From sequence record SRR2962707_1739: 64,000 nt of DNA, one strand, 5' to 3'. The position numbers were made by a program, and so were the translations under genes. How positions within the stretch are numbered: position 1 is the stretch's first letter; every line of letters begins with the position of its first letter. Under the pieces are notes generated by a model, which worked only from the letters and a program-made list of their open reading frames with translations, made no database searches and was not told the DNA's origin. Shown here in pieces: positions 49,348-59,807 of the stretch.

Positions 49348-50712
49348 ATGAATAAACGAGATTATCAGTATGCTTTGCAACCAGATTGGCAAAGTAATGT
49401 TCTCTTAACTAAAAGTAATGTTCTCTTAACTAAAAGTAATGCGTCAGAGAAAGGTGATATAAGGGCGTTAAACTTAGTGGATAAAAGTGGTTTTTTGGCT
49501 TTAGATCCAAATGAATTTACCTGGTTATTGTCCTTCTCATACCAATCCACGAATAAGAAAAAGCAAGGATGCATTAAGATGCATTTTGGGGACTGTGCGA
49601 GCCAGTCAATGGACTATTTACAGTTTTTTGAAGCTGGCGAGAAAGGTACAAGGTATCTTAATCTAAGTGGTTTTTTGGAAGAGACACCGCGTTCTGGCCC
49701 GTTAATCTTATCCAGTGAAAACTGCCAATTACCGACAGAAGCTAAAATATTAGGGTTTAAAAAACCAGATTTTTCAGATGGCCCTATTTTAATTGTCGCG
49801 CCTCACGCTGATGATGCAGAGCTTGCTGCCTACGGTTTTTATCACCAGCATTCCGAACAAGTGTGGATTACGACAATCAATGCAGGGCAAAATGTACAAA
49901 AGCTAGAGCGACAATATATCTCGAATCTAGATGATAGTATGCAGGATGCGGTGTCGCGCAAGGCTAACATCCGCGCTTGGAACAGTATGACAACGCCCTT
50001 GTTAGCTGGAGTGAAACTGGAAAGGCTATCCTCTTTAGGGTATTTTGGGTTAACCAAAGATGGGCTATATAACTCGCCAAATGAAGAGCAAAAAGATTCG
50101 CATTTTCCCGCTTTGACGCCTGCGATTAGTCGAAAATGGAACCCTCTTTCTCTCCCTAGTGATGCGACCGACATAAGCTCAGGGCAATCGCTAATTGATG
50201 ATTTGGTCTATTTATTAGAGCATATTAAGCCAACAACCGTTCTGATTACTGAGCCTGAAGTCGACCCTCATCCGGAGCATGTTATGTCGGCTCATGCCTT
50301 AGCACTTGCTATTGAGCAAGGGGAGCATGTCCCTGAGAGAGTGTTAATGTATGTGAATCATCTGCGTAAAATTAAGAAATTCCCTTATGGACCTGAACAT
50401 GCCAGAACAGCTTTACCGCCTTGGTTTAGTGCCACCTCATTATTTGGTCAGTTCTCTTGCTACAGTTATCAGTTGGAATTAGACATGCAGAAAGAGAAAG
50501 TTGTGTCGTTTGATTCTATGCACGATTTACGCAGCAAATCTCGCGTTGGAAAGACCATCAAGCAGTGGTGGAACAAAAAAGTTTTGAAAAATGGTTATCA
50601 GTATTATGCTGATCACGGCTATTTTCAAACGCATATAAAAGCAAATGAGGTTTTTACATTTGTAGATGGCCGGACATTCAGTCAATCGATCATTCAATCT
50701 AACGGCAAATGA
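49348..50712 (+). CDS. PIG-L/LmbE family de-N-acetylase (DnpA-like)
   Basis: APHADDAELAAYG, DPHPEH, YVNH. Confidence 0.8.
   Translation: MNKRDYQYALQPDWQSNVLLTKSNVLLTKSNASEKGDIRALNLVDKSGFLALDPNEFTWLLSFSYQSTNKKKQGCIKMHFGDCASQSMDYLQFFEAGEKGTRYLNLSGFLEETPRSGPLILSSENCQLPTEAKILGFKKPDFSDGPILIVAPHADDAELAAYGFYHQHSEQVWITTINAGQNVQKLERQYISNLDDSMQDAVSRKANIRAWNSMTTPLLAGVKLERLSSLGYFGLTKDGLYNSPNEEQKDSHFPALTPAISRKWNPLSLPSDATDISSGQSLIDDLVYLLEHIKPTTVLITEPEVDPHPEHVMSAHALALAIEQGEHVPERVLMYVNHLRKIKKFPYGPEHARTALPPWFSATSLFGQFSCYSYQLELDMQKEKVVSFDSMHDLRSKSRVGKTIKQWWNKKVLKNGYQYYADHGYFQTHIKANEVFTFVDGRTFSQSIIQSNGK
49391..49440 (+). repeat. 21-bp in-frame tandem duplication
   Basis: aaagtaatgttctcttaacta twice plus partial aaagtaat, encoding SNVLLTK twice. 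Confidence 0.95.
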
Positions 50713-52166
50713 ATCTCAACCAGTAACCCGCCAAGAGGGCTGCGAGACGCTTGGATACTGCCATTATGTTGTCGGATAGCGCTTTCTGTAATGGAAAGTC
50801 CTAATCCTGTGCCACCAGAATGGCGGTCTCTGGCTGTCGATACTCGATAAAAAGGCCTAAAAATAGCGCTCAGTTCTTCTTCTGGAACGCCTTCTCCATT
50901 GTCTTCTACTCGAATAATCAATTGATCTGATTTCGCTTCCATGGATACCTGGATGGTATCTTTTCCATAGTAGATGGCATTTCGAATAATGTTTTCCAAA
51001 GCACTCACAATAAGTTGTGGGTGGGCGTGAATATTTCGTTGAGGGATATCATTGAACGTCAGGCGTTTCCCCATCTGTTCGGCTTCAAATTGGGTGTCTT
51101 CTAGTAACCCTTCCCAAAGAAGTGGTAGCGCTAAGCTCTCTCGATTTATATGGCTATCTACTTGCATGTGAGACAGTTCCAGCAGTTTACCAATCATCTG
51201 TTCAAGCCGCTGTGCTTCGGTATCAATGCGAGTCAATTCTTGGCTTTCTCCCTGCTTTCTAACCGCTAGGGCTTGAGCCATTCTGAGACGAGTTAGGGGC
51301 GACCTTAACTCATGAGAAATGTCAGATAAGAGACGCTGTTGTCGTGAAATCATTTGGTTTATGGCTTCAACCATTTGATTAAAGCTGGCCCCAGCCTGAC
51401 GAAATTCAGACGAGCCTTTCTCCAGAGTCGGGTCTGTTTTAAATTCCCCTCTGGCAACACATTGAGCGGCTTTTTCCAATCGACGAGCCGGTTGACTTAG
51501 GGCCCAAGAAAGCCAAAGTAATAAAGGGGTGCTCACCAGCATTACCGCAAGCAACAGCTGAAATGGATGGTCAAACAATTGAAATAAGAAGCTAGGAGGG
51601 CGGTTCCATCTTTCGCCTACGTACAACTGATACTGAGAACCTGCAAGTGTGATTGGAAGAGGCCCGGACACCATAAAACGGCCATATAAGCGTTGTTTTG
51701 GTGTGTCTGGCGTATCCACTGAGGTGATAAAGTTACGAATCGCTCGATAAGTAAAATGCGGGGCTCGATATCGAGTCAGAATATCCCCTTTGTCATTGAC
51801 GATGAAAAACATCGGTGGGGACGATTCTTTGAAATCCCATGCTCCTTTTTTCTTAGGGCGATCGTCGAACTCTGCTTTTACGTCTTCGTCAGGTTGACGC
51901 GGTGCGAAGTCATCCTTTTGAAAGGTGTTGTATCTGCTGACTAAACCCTTGGTAATCACTGATATTTTTGTATCGAGCGAAAATTGTTGCTCTATTCGGG
52001 TGCTTGTATCGAGCAATTCTTTGTATTTGTCTCTAGGAATGTCTTTTGCTTTACGAGGATCCAAGTGTTGCAGAGCGAGTACTGCCACTAAGACTAGAAA
52101 CATAGTGAACCAAAAAATCGCGAAGATTCTACCGTATAAGCTGGTTATATTTGGCAGGCGCATCAT
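50694..52166 (-). CDS. cpxA: Envelope stress sensor kinase CpxA
   Basis: SLYGRIFAIFW, VSTPLLLWL, SDISHELRSPLTRL, FYRVSTARDRHSGGTGLGL. Confidence 0.9.
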   Translation of the reverse strand: MMRLPNITSLYGRIFAIFWFTMFLVLVAVLALQHLDPRKAKDIPRDKYKELLDTSTRIEQQFSLDTKISVITKGLVSRYNTFQKDDFAPRQPDEDVKAEFDDRPKKKGAWDFKESSPPMFFIVNDKGDILTRYRAPHFTYRAIRNFITSVDTPDTPKQRLYGRFMVSGPLPITLAGSQYQLYVGERWNRPPSFLFQLFDHPFQLLLAVMLVSTPLLLWLSWALSQPARRLEKAAQCVARGEFKTDPTLEKGSSEFRQAGASFNQMVEAINQMISRQQRLLSDISHELRSPLTRLRMAQALAVRKQGESQELTRIDTEAQRLEQMIGKLLELSHMQVDSHINRESLALPLLWEGLLEDTQFEAEQMGKRLTFNDIPQRNIHAHPQLIVSALENIIRNAIYYGKDTIQVSMEAKSDQLIIRVEDNGEGVPEEELSAIFRPFYRVSTARDRHSGGTGLGLSITESAIRQHNGSIQASRSPLGGLLVEIHLPLD

Positions 52167-52867
52167 TCTTCTTCCACTAGTAAATAACCTCGGCCGCGCA
52201 GCGTTTTGATGCGTGGTTTTTTGTTCGAGCTATCAGGAAGCTTTTTACGTAGATTAGAAACATGCATGTCTATGGCTCGATCGAAAGCGGCTAAGCGTTT
52301 ACCTAGAACATCTAAGCTAAGTACTTCTTTGGTGATGATTTTGCCTGGGTGAAGTAAAAAGTGGTGAAGAAGTGCAAATTCTGTACTGGTTAAATCCAGT
52401 AGTTGCTGATTGCAATAAGCCTCAAGCTTCCCTGGGTAGAGTTGAATATCTTGGTAGGAGATATGTTCTTGGCGTTTGTCCACTTTACTGTCTTTTTTCT
52501 CTTTGATGTGTTGAGCGCGTCGGAGGATGGCGCGAATTCTAGCCAAGAGTTCACGTTCGCTAAATGGTTTAGGAAGATAATCATCCGCGCCCAGTTCAAG
52601 GCCAATTACTCGATCGATCTCATCCCCTTTGGCGGTAAGCATCAGTACTGGAACTTCCCACGTTTCGCGTAGCTGTTTTAGCGTTTCAATGCCGTTTAGT
52701 TTTGGCATCATAACGTCTAATAAAATTAAGTCGACGCTGTCATTCATTGCTTCAAGTCCTGCTTCACCATCTTGAGCTGTGGATACGGTGAAGTTTTCGA
52801 GTATTAATACTTCTTTCAGCAAGTCGGTTAGTTCAGTATCGTCATCGATTAAGAGAATATGTGCCAT
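52163..52867 (-). CDS. cpxR: Response regulator CpxR
   Basis: LLIDDD, FDRAIDMHVSNLRKKL, KTLRGRGY. Confidence 0.92.
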   Translation of the reverse strand: MAHILLIDDDTELTDLLKEVLILENFTVSTAQDGEAGLEAMNDSVDLILLDVMMPKLNGIETLKQLRETWEVPVLMLTAKGDEIDRVIGLELGADDYLPKPFSERELLARIRAILRRAQHIKEKKDSKVDKRQEHISYQDIQLYPGKLEAYCNQQLLDLTSTEFALLHHFLLHPGKIITKEVLSLDVLGKRLAAFDRAIDMHVSNLRKKLPDSSNKKPRIKTLRGRGYLLVEEE

Positions 52868-52965
52868 TCAATGTCCTTAACAAAAAAGTACTTAGTAAAG
52901 CGCGTCCTAACAATCCGCAAGAACAGAACGTTATTTTACTGTGAAATCACAATAGGCGCTGTGCC

Positions 52966-53001
52966 TTTACGATAATTTACCTTCGATAGACGTCAGTTTA
53001 C
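52966..53001. promoter_or_regulatory. Tandem CpxR binding sites
   Basis: TTTAC-N5-TTTAC (reverse of GTAAA-N5-GTAAA) and TAGAC-N5-TTTAC upstream of cpxP. Confidence 0.8.
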
Positions 53002-53081
53002 CTAGCAGGTTTTATTCTATACCTCATCGCCACTTCGTTATGAATAGTCATGGCGACCCTATATTTTGAGAGAGGAATAGA

Positions 53082-53573
53082 ATGATGAAAATGATTAAAA
53101 AATTAATGCTTGCTACTGTCGTGTTACCGATTGCTTTAGGTTCTGCTGGCGCCTTCGCTGGTGGTGGGAAAGACAATCAGCGTCCATCTATGGAACGTTG
53201 CCAAGCTGGGCCAATATTAAACCCTAAAGTGATAAAACGTTTGGATTTAACCGATGCTCAGAAACAGCAAATGAAAGCACTTCGACAAGCGGATCGTGCC
53301 GATAGAAAAGCGAAAAGGGATGAGCACGAAAAACGCATTAATGGGCTATTAATGGCCGATAAATTTGATCAGTCTAAAGCTGAAGCCATGGTCAAAGAAG
53401 GTCAAAATAACCGTGTTGAGCGTCAAGTACACATGTTAGAGCAGCAGTTCAAGATGCTGAGCATTTTAACCCCAGCACAAAAAGAAAAACTGATGACTCT
53501 TAATGAAAAGCATCAGCAAAAATGCGATGAGAAAATGCACCACGGTAAAGGCGACAGAGAACAAGGTGAATAA
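53082..53573 (+). CDS. cpxP: Periplasmic CpxP/Spy family protein
   Basis: Signal peptide; two LTxxQ motifs (LTDAQ, LTPAQ); divergent from cpxR. Confidence 0.88.
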   Translation: MMKMIKKLMLATVVLPIALGSAGAFAGGGKDNQRPSMERCQAGPILNPKVIKRLDLTDAQKQQMKALRQADRADRKAKRDEHEKRINGLLMADKFDQSKAEAMVKEGQNNRVERQVHMLEQQFKMLSILTPAQKEKLMTLNEKHQQKCDEKMHHGKGDREQGE

Positions 53574-53587
53574 GCATTTCTTATATT

Positions 53588-53617
53588 AAAAAAGGTGGCC
53601 TCAGGGCCACTTTTTTT
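53588..53617 (+). terminator. Intrinsic terminator of cpxP
   Basis: aaaaaaggtggcc-tcag-ggccacttttttt. Confidence 0.85.
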
Positions 53618-53860
53618 ATGTCTGATTTTTATGTTTTTATCCGCGCTACCGTCCGTCGGATAGCTTTTTTGTAGCTAAGAGTCATCGATTTAAGAAGGTT
53701 CCCAAGAGGGGAGATCTAGTGCACAAAGCGATGCGGTTGAGTGGCGTTTATGCAGATTGTTGAGCAAGTCGATGCCAGTAAAGTCGAGCGATTTTGTTAT
53801 TTTTTTCTTACCTTTGCCCCAGTAGGATTTTGAGCATGGATGATCAACAGGAAGACAATC

Positions 53861-54283
53861 ATGATAAATAAGGTTCAGATAAAAGTAAGAGGCTACCACC
53901 TAGATATTTTTCAACATGTGAATAATGCGCGTTACCTTGAATTCCTTGAAGAAGGGCGTTGGGCATTTTTTGAGGACTTTGGTGTCGGCACAGACATGAT
54001 GGCGCAAGGCATTGCTTGGGTCGTGGTGAATATCAATATTAACTTTAAAAAAGAAGCGAGTTTTGGGGATGTGTTAGAAGTTCAAACGGCCTTTTCAAAG
54101 TTGGGCAATCGAAGCATTAGCATGCAGCAAAATATTATGAACAGTAAGACCCAGGCGCTTGTCGCCGAAGCCCAAGTTACCTATGTTTGCTTTTCTCAGG
54201 CGCGAAAAGAAGCCGTAGCACTGCCAGAAGAATATCGTCTTAAAATTGAAGAAGCGATCATCGGGCTAAATGAGCCCGCATAA
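53861..54283 (+). CDS. YbgC/FadM acyl-CoA thioesterase
   Basis: VRGYHLDIFQHVNNARYLEFLEEGRW. Confidence 0.9.
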   Translation: MINKVQIKVRGYHLDIFQHVNNARYLEFLEEGRWAFFEDFGVGTDMMAQGIAWVVVNININFKKEASFGDVLEVQTAFSKLGNRSISMQQNIMNSKTQALVAEAQVTYVCFSQARKEAVALPEEYRLKIEEAIIGLNEPA

Positions 54284-54360
54284 GAGCGGTTAAAAAAGGT
54301 GCCCTTTGCTATAAAGTAAAGCGCACCCTTATGTGTTGTTGAACGCTTACTCGCTTAAGC

Positions 54361-54861
54361 TTAGTAGGCGCCAGCGCCGTAAGTTAGCTCGTAACTGTGG
54401 CTGTAGATTTCAAGAATGTTTCCGAAAGGGTCTTCCATATAGATCATGCGGTATGGCTTTTCCCCTGGGTAGTAATAGCGCGGCTCTTTCATGCGTTTTT
54501 TCCCACCTGCGGCAACAATTTTCTCTGCTAGCTCTTCAAGGTTTGGATCTTGTACACAAAAATGGAAAATACCAGTCTTCCAGTATTCGAAATTATTTTC
54601 AGGGTTTTCCTGATGTTTGAATTGGAATAACTCGACACCAATACGATCGCCAGTGGAAAGGTGAGCGATGCGGAAACTTCCCCACTTAGCCCCAAAGACA
54701 TCTGTACACATTTCACCAATAGGGCTGTCGTCTTCGACGATTTCTGTTGGTTTCATGATTTCATACCAGCCTAATACGTCTGTATAAAATGCGACGGCTT
54801 TCTCTAAATCTGGGACCGAGATACCAATATGTGAAAAGCTTCTAGGGTACGCATTCGCCAT
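54361..54861 (-). CDS. VOC/lactoylglutathione lyase family protein
   Basis: FSHIGISVPD, GIFHFCVQDP, EDPFGNILE. Confidence 0.88.
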   Translation of the reverse strand: MANAYPRSFSHIGISVPDLEKAVAFYTDVLGWYEIMKPTEIVEDDSPIGEMCTDVFGAKWGSFRIAHLSTGDRIGVELFQFKHQENPENNFEYWKTGIFHFCVQDPNLEELAEKIVAAGGKKRMKEPRYYYPGEKPYRMIYMEDPFGNILEIYSHSYELTYGAGAY

Positions 54862-54955
54862 TCTTTTTCTCCTGTTAGTGAATTTAATAGCAGGTTACAG
54901 GCTTCTTTAAATCATATAAAATTATTAAAAATTATAAATATGAGAAAATTTTGTA

Positions 54956-55840
54956 ATGATTAATCCCGCTTGGTTAAGAACCTTCTGCACTCTCGTGGAA
55001 CGAGGGCATTTCACTCGCACTGCAGAGAAGCTGCATATGACTCAATCTGGGGTGAGTCAACATATACGAAAATTAGAAGAGCACTTCGACACGCTTTTGC
55101 TAATGCGAGAAGGAAAGCAGTTTTCTTTGACCGATGCTGGAGAAAGGCTTTATGACGAAGCGCACCAGATCATTGCAAACCTGTCTGATCTTGATTCTAA
55201 AATCAGAGAAGACGCAACATTTGCAGGCGTCGTTCGGATCATGTCGCCAGGCAGCATTGGTCTTAAGCTGTACCCTCATTTATTGACGCTGCAACAGGCG
55301 TTTCCTCGTTTGATAATAGATTATCGGTTTGCTCCTAATTCTGATGTTGAGCAAGCGTTGGCCGAGCGAAAAATTGACTTTGGGATAATGTCTCGTCGCT
55401 CGACGTTGAAAGAGGTGGACTGTCAATTGATATCCAGTGAAGCCTTGCTATTAGTGACTCCCGCCTCTTTGCCTGATCCACATTGGCAGGGGTTACTTGA
55501 GCTTGGCTTTATTGATCATCCAGATGGCACACATCATGCTAGCTTACTTTTAAGTCAGAACTTTACTGAATTTCAAAACATGAATATGTTCGAGAAAAAA
55601 GGCTTCTCTAATCAAATTGGCTTAATTCTTGAGCCCGTTAGTCGAGGGCTGGGGTTTACTGTATTGCCTTCCCATGCGGTGAGTGCGTTTGCTAAACAAT
55701 CGTTGATTTGTACAAGTGAGCTTGAAAAGCCGGTGAAAGAATCTCTTTATTTGAGTTTGAATCACAAAAAGTACGTGCGAAATCGAACTCAAACTGTCAT
55801 CAATGAGGTGAATAATTGGCTAGAAAACGAGAATAAATAG
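54956..55840 (+). CDS. LysR family regulator
   Basis: GHFTRTAEKLHMTQSGVSQHIRKLE; divergent from the VOC gene. Confidence 0.92.
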   Translation: MINPAWLRTFCTLVERGHFTRTAEKLHMTQSGVSQHIRKLEEHFDTLLLMREGKQFSLTDAGERLYDEAHQIIANLSDLDSKIREDATFAGVVRIMSPGSIGLKLYPHLLTLQQAFPRLIIDYRFAPNSDVEQALAERKIDFGIMSRRSTLKEVDCQLISSEALLLVTPASLPDPHWQGLLELGFIDHPDGTHHASLLLSQNFTEFQNMNMFEKKGFSNQIGLILEPVSRGLGFTVLPSHAVSAFAKQSLICTSELEKPVKESLYLSLNHKKYVRNRTQTVINEVNNWLENENK

Positions 55841-56047
55841 TTGTGCGATTCGTTGTGATTGTGGGAAATTAAGTGACTTAGTATATTGGCAGTTTATTGA
55901 GTTATAACAATAACTAATGGAGATGGCTTAAAAAGCACCCGTATGAGCTGCGCATTTGGTGTTATCTTTTTGTGAATTAAATTGTAAGTTTATAGCAGTG
56001 GTTTTATATAGACTATTTCGAAGTAGGTTAGCGGCTAAAGGACAGGG

Positions 56048-57370
56048 ATGATGTTTGGACGGAAGAAGGCTCAACGAGAGAACGACCTTTTACAACAAGA
56101 AGTGTTATCACTTCGCCAAGTGCGAGACCGCTTGGATCGAGAAATGCTAAGCCTGACGTTATCCGCCTCAGGTGAAGTGATCAAGGTTAATTCGCTGTTT
56201 TTGGATGAACTTGGTTTGAAAGAAGAGACTGTTTTGGGAAAGAAAATGGTCGACCTTGTCCCAGAAGATTTAAGAGATACGACTCACTTTGCATTAATGA
56301 AAGACTCGATAGCGGCGGGAAAGCATTGGTCTGGGGCGCTTCAAGTCGCTAGAGAAAATAGTAGCAATGCGTGGCTTAGAGCCATCATACAGCCTGTCAA
56401 AATGCTGGATGGGAGTATCGATTACATTTCCGTTCACGCCAACAACCTGACGCGTACAATAGAATCATCGATTGAGCATGAGAACCTGATTAAAGCATTG
56501 CAACGCTCTACCGCCGTGGTTGAATTTGATTTAGAGGGGCTCTTTATTACCGCTAATGATAAATTTCTTAAATCGATGGGGTATACGAAAGAGCAGCTTA
56601 AGGGGAAACATCACCGTATGTTCTGCTTACAAGAGGATGCGGACTCAGAAGACTATCAAGCCTTTTGGGAAAAACTGAAGCGTGGCGAGTTTGTTGCAGG
56701 GCGTTTTCAGCGTCTTGATAGTCGCGGTGAAACTGTGTGGTTAGAAGCGTCCTATAATCCGATTTCAAATGCACATGGTCAGTTTTATAAAGTGGTAAAA
56801 TTTGCCTCAGTTGTAACCGATCAAGTAAATCAAGAGTTGTCGATTGGTCATGCCGCTAAATTGGCTTATGAAACCTCAAAAGTGACGGATGAAACAGCCA
56901 TTAACGGTAGTCGTATTATCAAAGAGACGGTTTCTGTTATGCAGGAGTTAGCTGATCAAATGACCTCGGTCTCACAAGGCATTTCAGATCTTGATGAGCA
57001 GTCTGAAAAAGTAGGTAATATTATTAAAAGTATCGGTGATATTGCTGATCAAACAAACCTGCTGGCACTCAATGCCGCTATTGAAGCCGCGAGGGCCGGT
57101 GAATACGGGCGAGGTTTTGCCGTCGTTGCAGATGAAGTTAGGTTGCTTGCATCAAGAACAACAAAAGCAACGGAAGAAATTGTAGACGTTGTGCTGCGCA
57201 ACCAAGAATTAGCAAAAAATGCCGTGGGCATGGTGGAAAGCGGCCGTCAGCAAGCTGAGCGAGGGTTGGCGTTAGCAGGCGAGGCGGGCGAGGTTATTAT
57301 AGACATTCAAAAAGGGGCTAAAGAAGTGGTTGGTGCCGTGAGTAAATTTGCCAACTACATAAAACCTTAA
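56048..57370 (+). CDS. Cytoplasmic PAS-PAS methyl-accepting chemotaxis protein (BdlA-like)
   Basis: Two PAS domains (WLEASYNP), [31 protein letters not shown], no TM. Confidence 0.9.
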   Translation: MMFGRKKAQRENDLLQQEVLSLRQVRDRLDREMLSLTLSASGEVIKVNSLFLDELGLKEETVLGKKMVDLVPEDLRDTTHFALMKDSIAAGKHWSGALQVARENSSNAWLRAIIQPVKMLDGSIDYISVHANNLTRTIESSIEHENLIKALQRSTAVVEFDLEGLFITANDKFLKSMGYTKEQLKGKHHRMFCLQEDADSEDYQAFWEKLKRGEFVAGRFQRLDSRGETVWLEASYNPISNAHGQFYKVVKFASVVTDQVNQELSIGHAAKLAYETSKVTDETAINGSRIIKETVSVMQELADQMTSVSQGISDLDEQSEKVGNIIKSIGDIADQTNLLALNAAIEAARAGEYGRGFAVVADEVRLLASRTTKATEEIVDVVLRNQELAKNAVGMVESGRQQAERGLALAGEAGEVIIDIQKGAKEVVGAVSKFANYIKP

Positions 57371-57388
57371 TAAAACGACGGGGGAATT

Positions 57389-57850
57389 GTGGACAAGACA
57401 AATTGGAAGTTGCTCAAAGCGTTAGAAAGCAATGCCCGTCTCACCTACGCCGAGTTGGGGAAGCTGGTTCATCTTTCTGCCCCTGCTGTTGCCGAACGGG
57501 TTCGTAAGCTTGAAGAGTCTGGGGTGATCACCGGCTATGGTGCCAAAATCAATTTAGAAAAAGTGGGTATTCCGATCACGGCGCTGGTGGCTTGTCATGT
57601 TTATCGAACCAAAGAGCGTGAGTTTAAAGCGCTAATACTCAATCTTGATGAAGTGATCTCTTGCCATAATGTCACAGGGCCTTACGCTTTTGTACTAAGA
57701 GTCGCTGTACGCTCCATGTCCTTATTGGATGAATTGCTGGAGCGTCTCATTGAGTTTAGTGATACCAACACCATGATGATTTTAGCGTCGCCTGTGGTGC
57801 GAGAAATGCCTGTTAATATTGAGAAAATGGTTATTTCAGAAGAATATTAA
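57389..57850 (+). CDS. Lrp/AsnC regulator
   Basis: LSAPAVAERVRKLEESGVI; GTG start. Confidence 0.9.
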   Translation: MDKTNWKLLKALESNARLTYAELGKLVHLSAPAVAERVRKLEESGVITGYGAKINLEKVGIPITALVACHVYRTKEREFKALILNLDEVISCHNVTGPYAFVLRVAVRSMSLLDELLERLIEFSDTNTMMILASPVVREMPVNIEKMVISEEY

Positions 57851-58722
57851 GGTACGACGACAACCGTTTCTTTGGGGCTTCTTGGCCACTGGCTAACTAT
57901 GATACCGATTAGAATGAAGCCACACCCAATGAGCGCGCGAGTCGACAGTGTTTCTCCCATCAGCATCCATCCACCTATCACAGAAAAAACCCCTTCCGTG
58001 GACAGAATCAATGCACTTACGCTTGGTGAGACATTTTTTTGCCCTAACGTTTGCAGTGTGAAGGCAATGCCTGATGATGCCACGCCAGTATAAATTAATG
58101 GCCACCAAGCAAGTTCAAACCCTTTTAATGTAGGGCTTTCTAGTGTTAATGCTGTGAGGCAGGCAAATAGAGTCGCGACCATAAACTGCACTATTGATAA
58201 AGGCAGTGCGGATACATAACGGGATAAATAGGCGATAATCAGCACGTGAGCGGTCCAGAAAAAGGTGCCAACCAATTCGATAGCATCGCCTTTGTTGATA
58301 CTGAAGTTAGGCCCAACCGTTAGGCAATAGAGACCAATAATCGCCAACACAACCCCTACCCAAAGGTTAGATTCGGTTTTATGACCGAGTAGAATGCCAG
58401 CAATAGGCACCAGTACAATGTACATGCTGGTAATAAAGCCTGCATTTCCTGCCGTTGTATATTGTAAGCCTACTTGTTGGAACGTTGAGCCGAGGAAAAG
58501 ACAACCCCCCCCAGCGATTCCCCCTAACCATAATTGCTTAGCGTGTTGGCTTTTTTTGGGCTTGAAGATGAGCAGTAAAGGCAACAGTGACAGCGTCGCT
58601 AAGAGAAATCGTGCCGCATTAAAACTGTGTGGGCCGATAGAATCCATCGCCACACTTTGGGCTACAAAGGCAAAGCCCCAAATGGCGGCCGTGGACCATA
58701 AAAAAAGATGGGCAATAGACAT
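57847..58722 (-). CDS. DMT/EamA transporter
   Basis: IWGFAFVAQ, FQQVGLQYTTAGNAGFIT; duplicated EamA halves. Confidence 0.9.
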   Translation of the reverse strand: MSIAHLFLWSTAAIWGFAFVAQSVAMDSIGPHSFNAARFLLATLSLLPLLLIFKPKKSQHAKQLWLGGIAGGGCLFLGSTFQQVGLQYTTAGNAGFITSMYIVLVPIAGILLGHKTESNLWVGVVLAIIGLYCLTVGPNFSINKGDAIELVGTFFWTAHVLIIAYLSRYVSALPLSIVQFMVATLFACLTALTLESPTLKGFELAWWPLIYTGVASSGIAFTLQTLGQKNVSPSVSALILSTEGVFSVIGGWMLMGETLSTRALIGCGFILIGIIVSQWPRSPKETVVVVP

Positions 58723-59108
58723 AATAATCCTCTGATGGTTTTGTGTAATAACGTACTTGTCAAAGCTGCGCAGTTAAGTCAGGCAATAGTACGGGGCGGA
58801 CTCATTTGCCAACAGTGGAAAAAAAGGGTTCTTTTGCGCTTTCGCTTTGGATTCCAAAGCAAAAGATAAGGTTGGCTTTGTTTTGTTAACCGGTAGCGTT
58901 TTGGGGTGTTTTTTTTGCGTTCCCTTCATCAAATAACGTCTTTTCGCAGGACATGAGAAAGAACCTTGCTCTGTGCACTTTTTTCCGTTGAAAACGCTTT
59001 TTTCGCAGCTGACAGCTAACCATTTACAGAGTAAAGTCGAGCGCCTTTTTTCTTATTATTAAATCGTCACTGACGATTTTTTTGCTGACTTGTGTAGGTT
59101 CGATTGTT

Positions 59109-59744
59109 ATGACATTTAGTGTGTGGTTGACCATGGCGCCTTTGTTGATGTTGCTGTCTTTAGGGCCAGGTCCCAATAACTTTACAGCGATGCATAATGG
59201 TATTCAGGTGGGAGCCAGAAAAGCGGTGATTGCCGTGGTGGGGCGAAACCTAGCGTTCAGTATTTTGATGCTGGTGTCCGCACTAGGGTTGGGCGCCGTT
59301 ATAGTGTCCTCTGCTTTTTGGTTTAGCGTGGTGAAATGGGTTGGCGTCGCGTATTTGTTTTATGTTGGTATCAAAACATGGCGTAGCGCCGCGGTTGTTT
59401 TAGAAGAGCACGAGACTGAAAATGGCACCAAGGCAAAGCGAGGTCACCAAGCGAGAATGCGTCAAGAGTTCTTAGTGGCGATTAGCAATCCTAAAGCGAT
59501 TTTGCTGTTTACCGCGATTTTCCCACAGCTGCTAGATTTGAGTAAATCCGTGCCTGAGCAGTTTTTTTGGATGGGAGTGACCTTTTGTTGTACCGAATTT
59601 ATCGCGGCGTATGTTTATGCGATGAGTGGCAAGCAGATTCGTCGTTTGATTCGGAGTCCAAAAGGCTTGCGAAATATGAATCGAGGCATGGGTAGTGTGT
59701 TTGTTTTAGCGAGTGCTTTTTTGGCAACAGCGTCTCGAATCTAA
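59109..59744 (+). CDS. LysE/RhtB family exporter
   Basis: GPGPNN, KWVGVAYL, SNPKAIL. Confidence 0.9.
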   Translation: MTFSVWLTMAPLLMLLSLGPGPNNFTAMHNGIQVGARKAVIAVVGRNLAFSILMLVSALGLGAVIVSSAFWFSVVKWVGVAYLFYVGIKTWRSAAVVLEEHETENGTKAKRGHQARMRQEFLVAISNPKAILLFTAIFPQLLDLSKSVPEQFFWMGVTFCCTEFIAAYVYAMSGKQIRRLIRSPKGLRNMNRGMGSVFVLASAFLATASRI

Positions 59745-59752
59745 TCAAAGAT

Positions 59753-59782
59753 AAAAAAACGGAGCATGATGCTCCGTTTTTT
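59753..59782. terminator. Bidirectional terminator between lysE and luxS
   Basis: aaaaaacggagca-tga-tgctccgtttttt. Confidence 0.88.
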
Positions 59783-59807
59783 AGATTAATAATCCGCTCG
59801 CTTAAGA

